From NCBI RefSeq assembly GCF_052425735.1, contig NC_135768.1, positions 3,224,001 through 3,288,000 on the forward strand: DNA of 64,000 nucleotides. Reading direction: 5' to 3'. This stretch comes from Oculina patagonica (taxonomy: Eukaryota). The stretch's first letter is position 1. Each line of letters begins with the position of its first letter. The position numbers and the translations under genes were made by a program. Of the stretch, positions 63,046 to 64,000 are shown one piece after another. The notes under the pieces were generated by a model. The model worked only from the letters and a program-made list of their open reading frames with translations. It did no database searches and was not told the DNA's origin.

Positions 63046-64000
63046 CACAACACCAGACGTGATCTTGAATTTGAGAAAAAATGTACCAAGATCGGTAACC
63101 ACAGGCAAAAAAGCCATCTGAGGGGAACACATTATTGTGCTATGAATCCCTCTTACCAAGTGCAGATACTAAAATCTTTTAACAGTTTGCTGATATTAAA
63201 AGTTGAATGTGCCAACCCAGGGAACATCCTGCCAGGAATATTTTCCAGCCCACTGTACAAGCATGAATTTTTTTTTGGACCACTGTCCTGTGCAGGAATT
63301 TTTTTTCTTGCACGCATGCGCTTGCGGAATATATATTTTTTCAATATCACCCATCCCCCCCCCCCTCAAAAGTAAAATGGTTGGCCCCTAATGTCCTCAC
63401 ACGAGCAGTGAATAATGAGGCCAATTTGCCTCCCTCCCGATCCCACCCCACCCCCCCCCCCCTCCCTCAAAAAAGAGATATAGGCTGCTCACGTCTCACG
63501 TTATTCCCTTTCCCGGCTGCCTAGCAGAAATTCTAAAAAGGACGAACGTAATTCCGTGAAGTATTTTGTGCTTTTGAAGATATTACTTCATCGGTATGCG
63601 TTACAATCTTCCATAACATAAAAAGCATCACGCATAACGCAAACTGTCGTGACCTTTGCCCGTATGTTTTTTTAACTAATTCAGTGTAGCTGCTACGTTA
63701 CGCTCTGCTAACAAATTTATCAGATGGACAAGAACTGGACTCTATGCTTACAGGTATGTCATCGTTTTCAAGTGTAAAGAAATGTTTAACGCAAAAATTT
63801 TAACCAAAACCAGAGTTTTCGGTTCTTGCGTGAATGCGGTTAACATGGCATCAAAACGGTAATATGCAAATTAGTTCAAATTTCAGTTAAATTACCCATA
63901 TTTCGCTGGCGTTTTGAAATGCGCTTGCTGCAAAACCCAAACTAATTTTTATATGTAGTTAAAGAAGAGTCTTTGGGCTTTTTATAGCCATAAAATGAAG

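Larger units (their letters stand above)
59205..64000 (+). mobile_element. Long-TIR DNA transposon (Sola3-like), internally deleted, right end beyond the window
   Basis: 59648-59876 is the imperfect reverse complement of 63780-64000. Left end begins GAGCGAAGG after gtaa. Internal transposase-like ORF fragment. Confidence 0.55.

Overview
Intron-rich, AT-rich animal genomic DNA. The repeat families and gene structures suggest an anthozoan (stony-coral-like) genome; this is an inference. Spliced gene models were built by hand from GT-AG boundaries and frame continuity. Gene order: 5' end of an unidentified minus-strand gene; TTC25/ODAD4 (+, 10 exons); MGAT1 (-, 2 exons); two tandem HSD11B1L-like SDR genes (+); an intronless ENPP4/5-like gene (-) head-to-head with NOP58 (+, 17 exons); BHMT-like gene A (+, 10 exons) with a solitary stem-loop histone H2B variant nested antisense in its intron 2; and a convergent BHMT-like gene B (-, 5' exons not found in the window) whose upstream intron holds a long-TIR (Sola3-like) transposon. 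Introns are full of MITEs, SINEs, LINE remnants and Penelope-type fragments. Highlights: (1) a BHMT-like pair with substituted betaine-binding residues and BHMT2-like deletions, where copy A has a mitochondrial-presequence-like N-terminus, suggesting a candidate non-betaine (SMM/DMSP-type) homocysteine methyltransferase system; (2) two complete minimal type I hammerhead ribozyme motifs, one in sense orientation inside a NOP58 intron; (3) the nested divergent H2B; (4) tRNA-cored, terminally redundant or inverted retroelements sharing a palindromic ACCGGT loop; (5) a duplicated splice acceptor creating a potential poison exon in BHMT-A.
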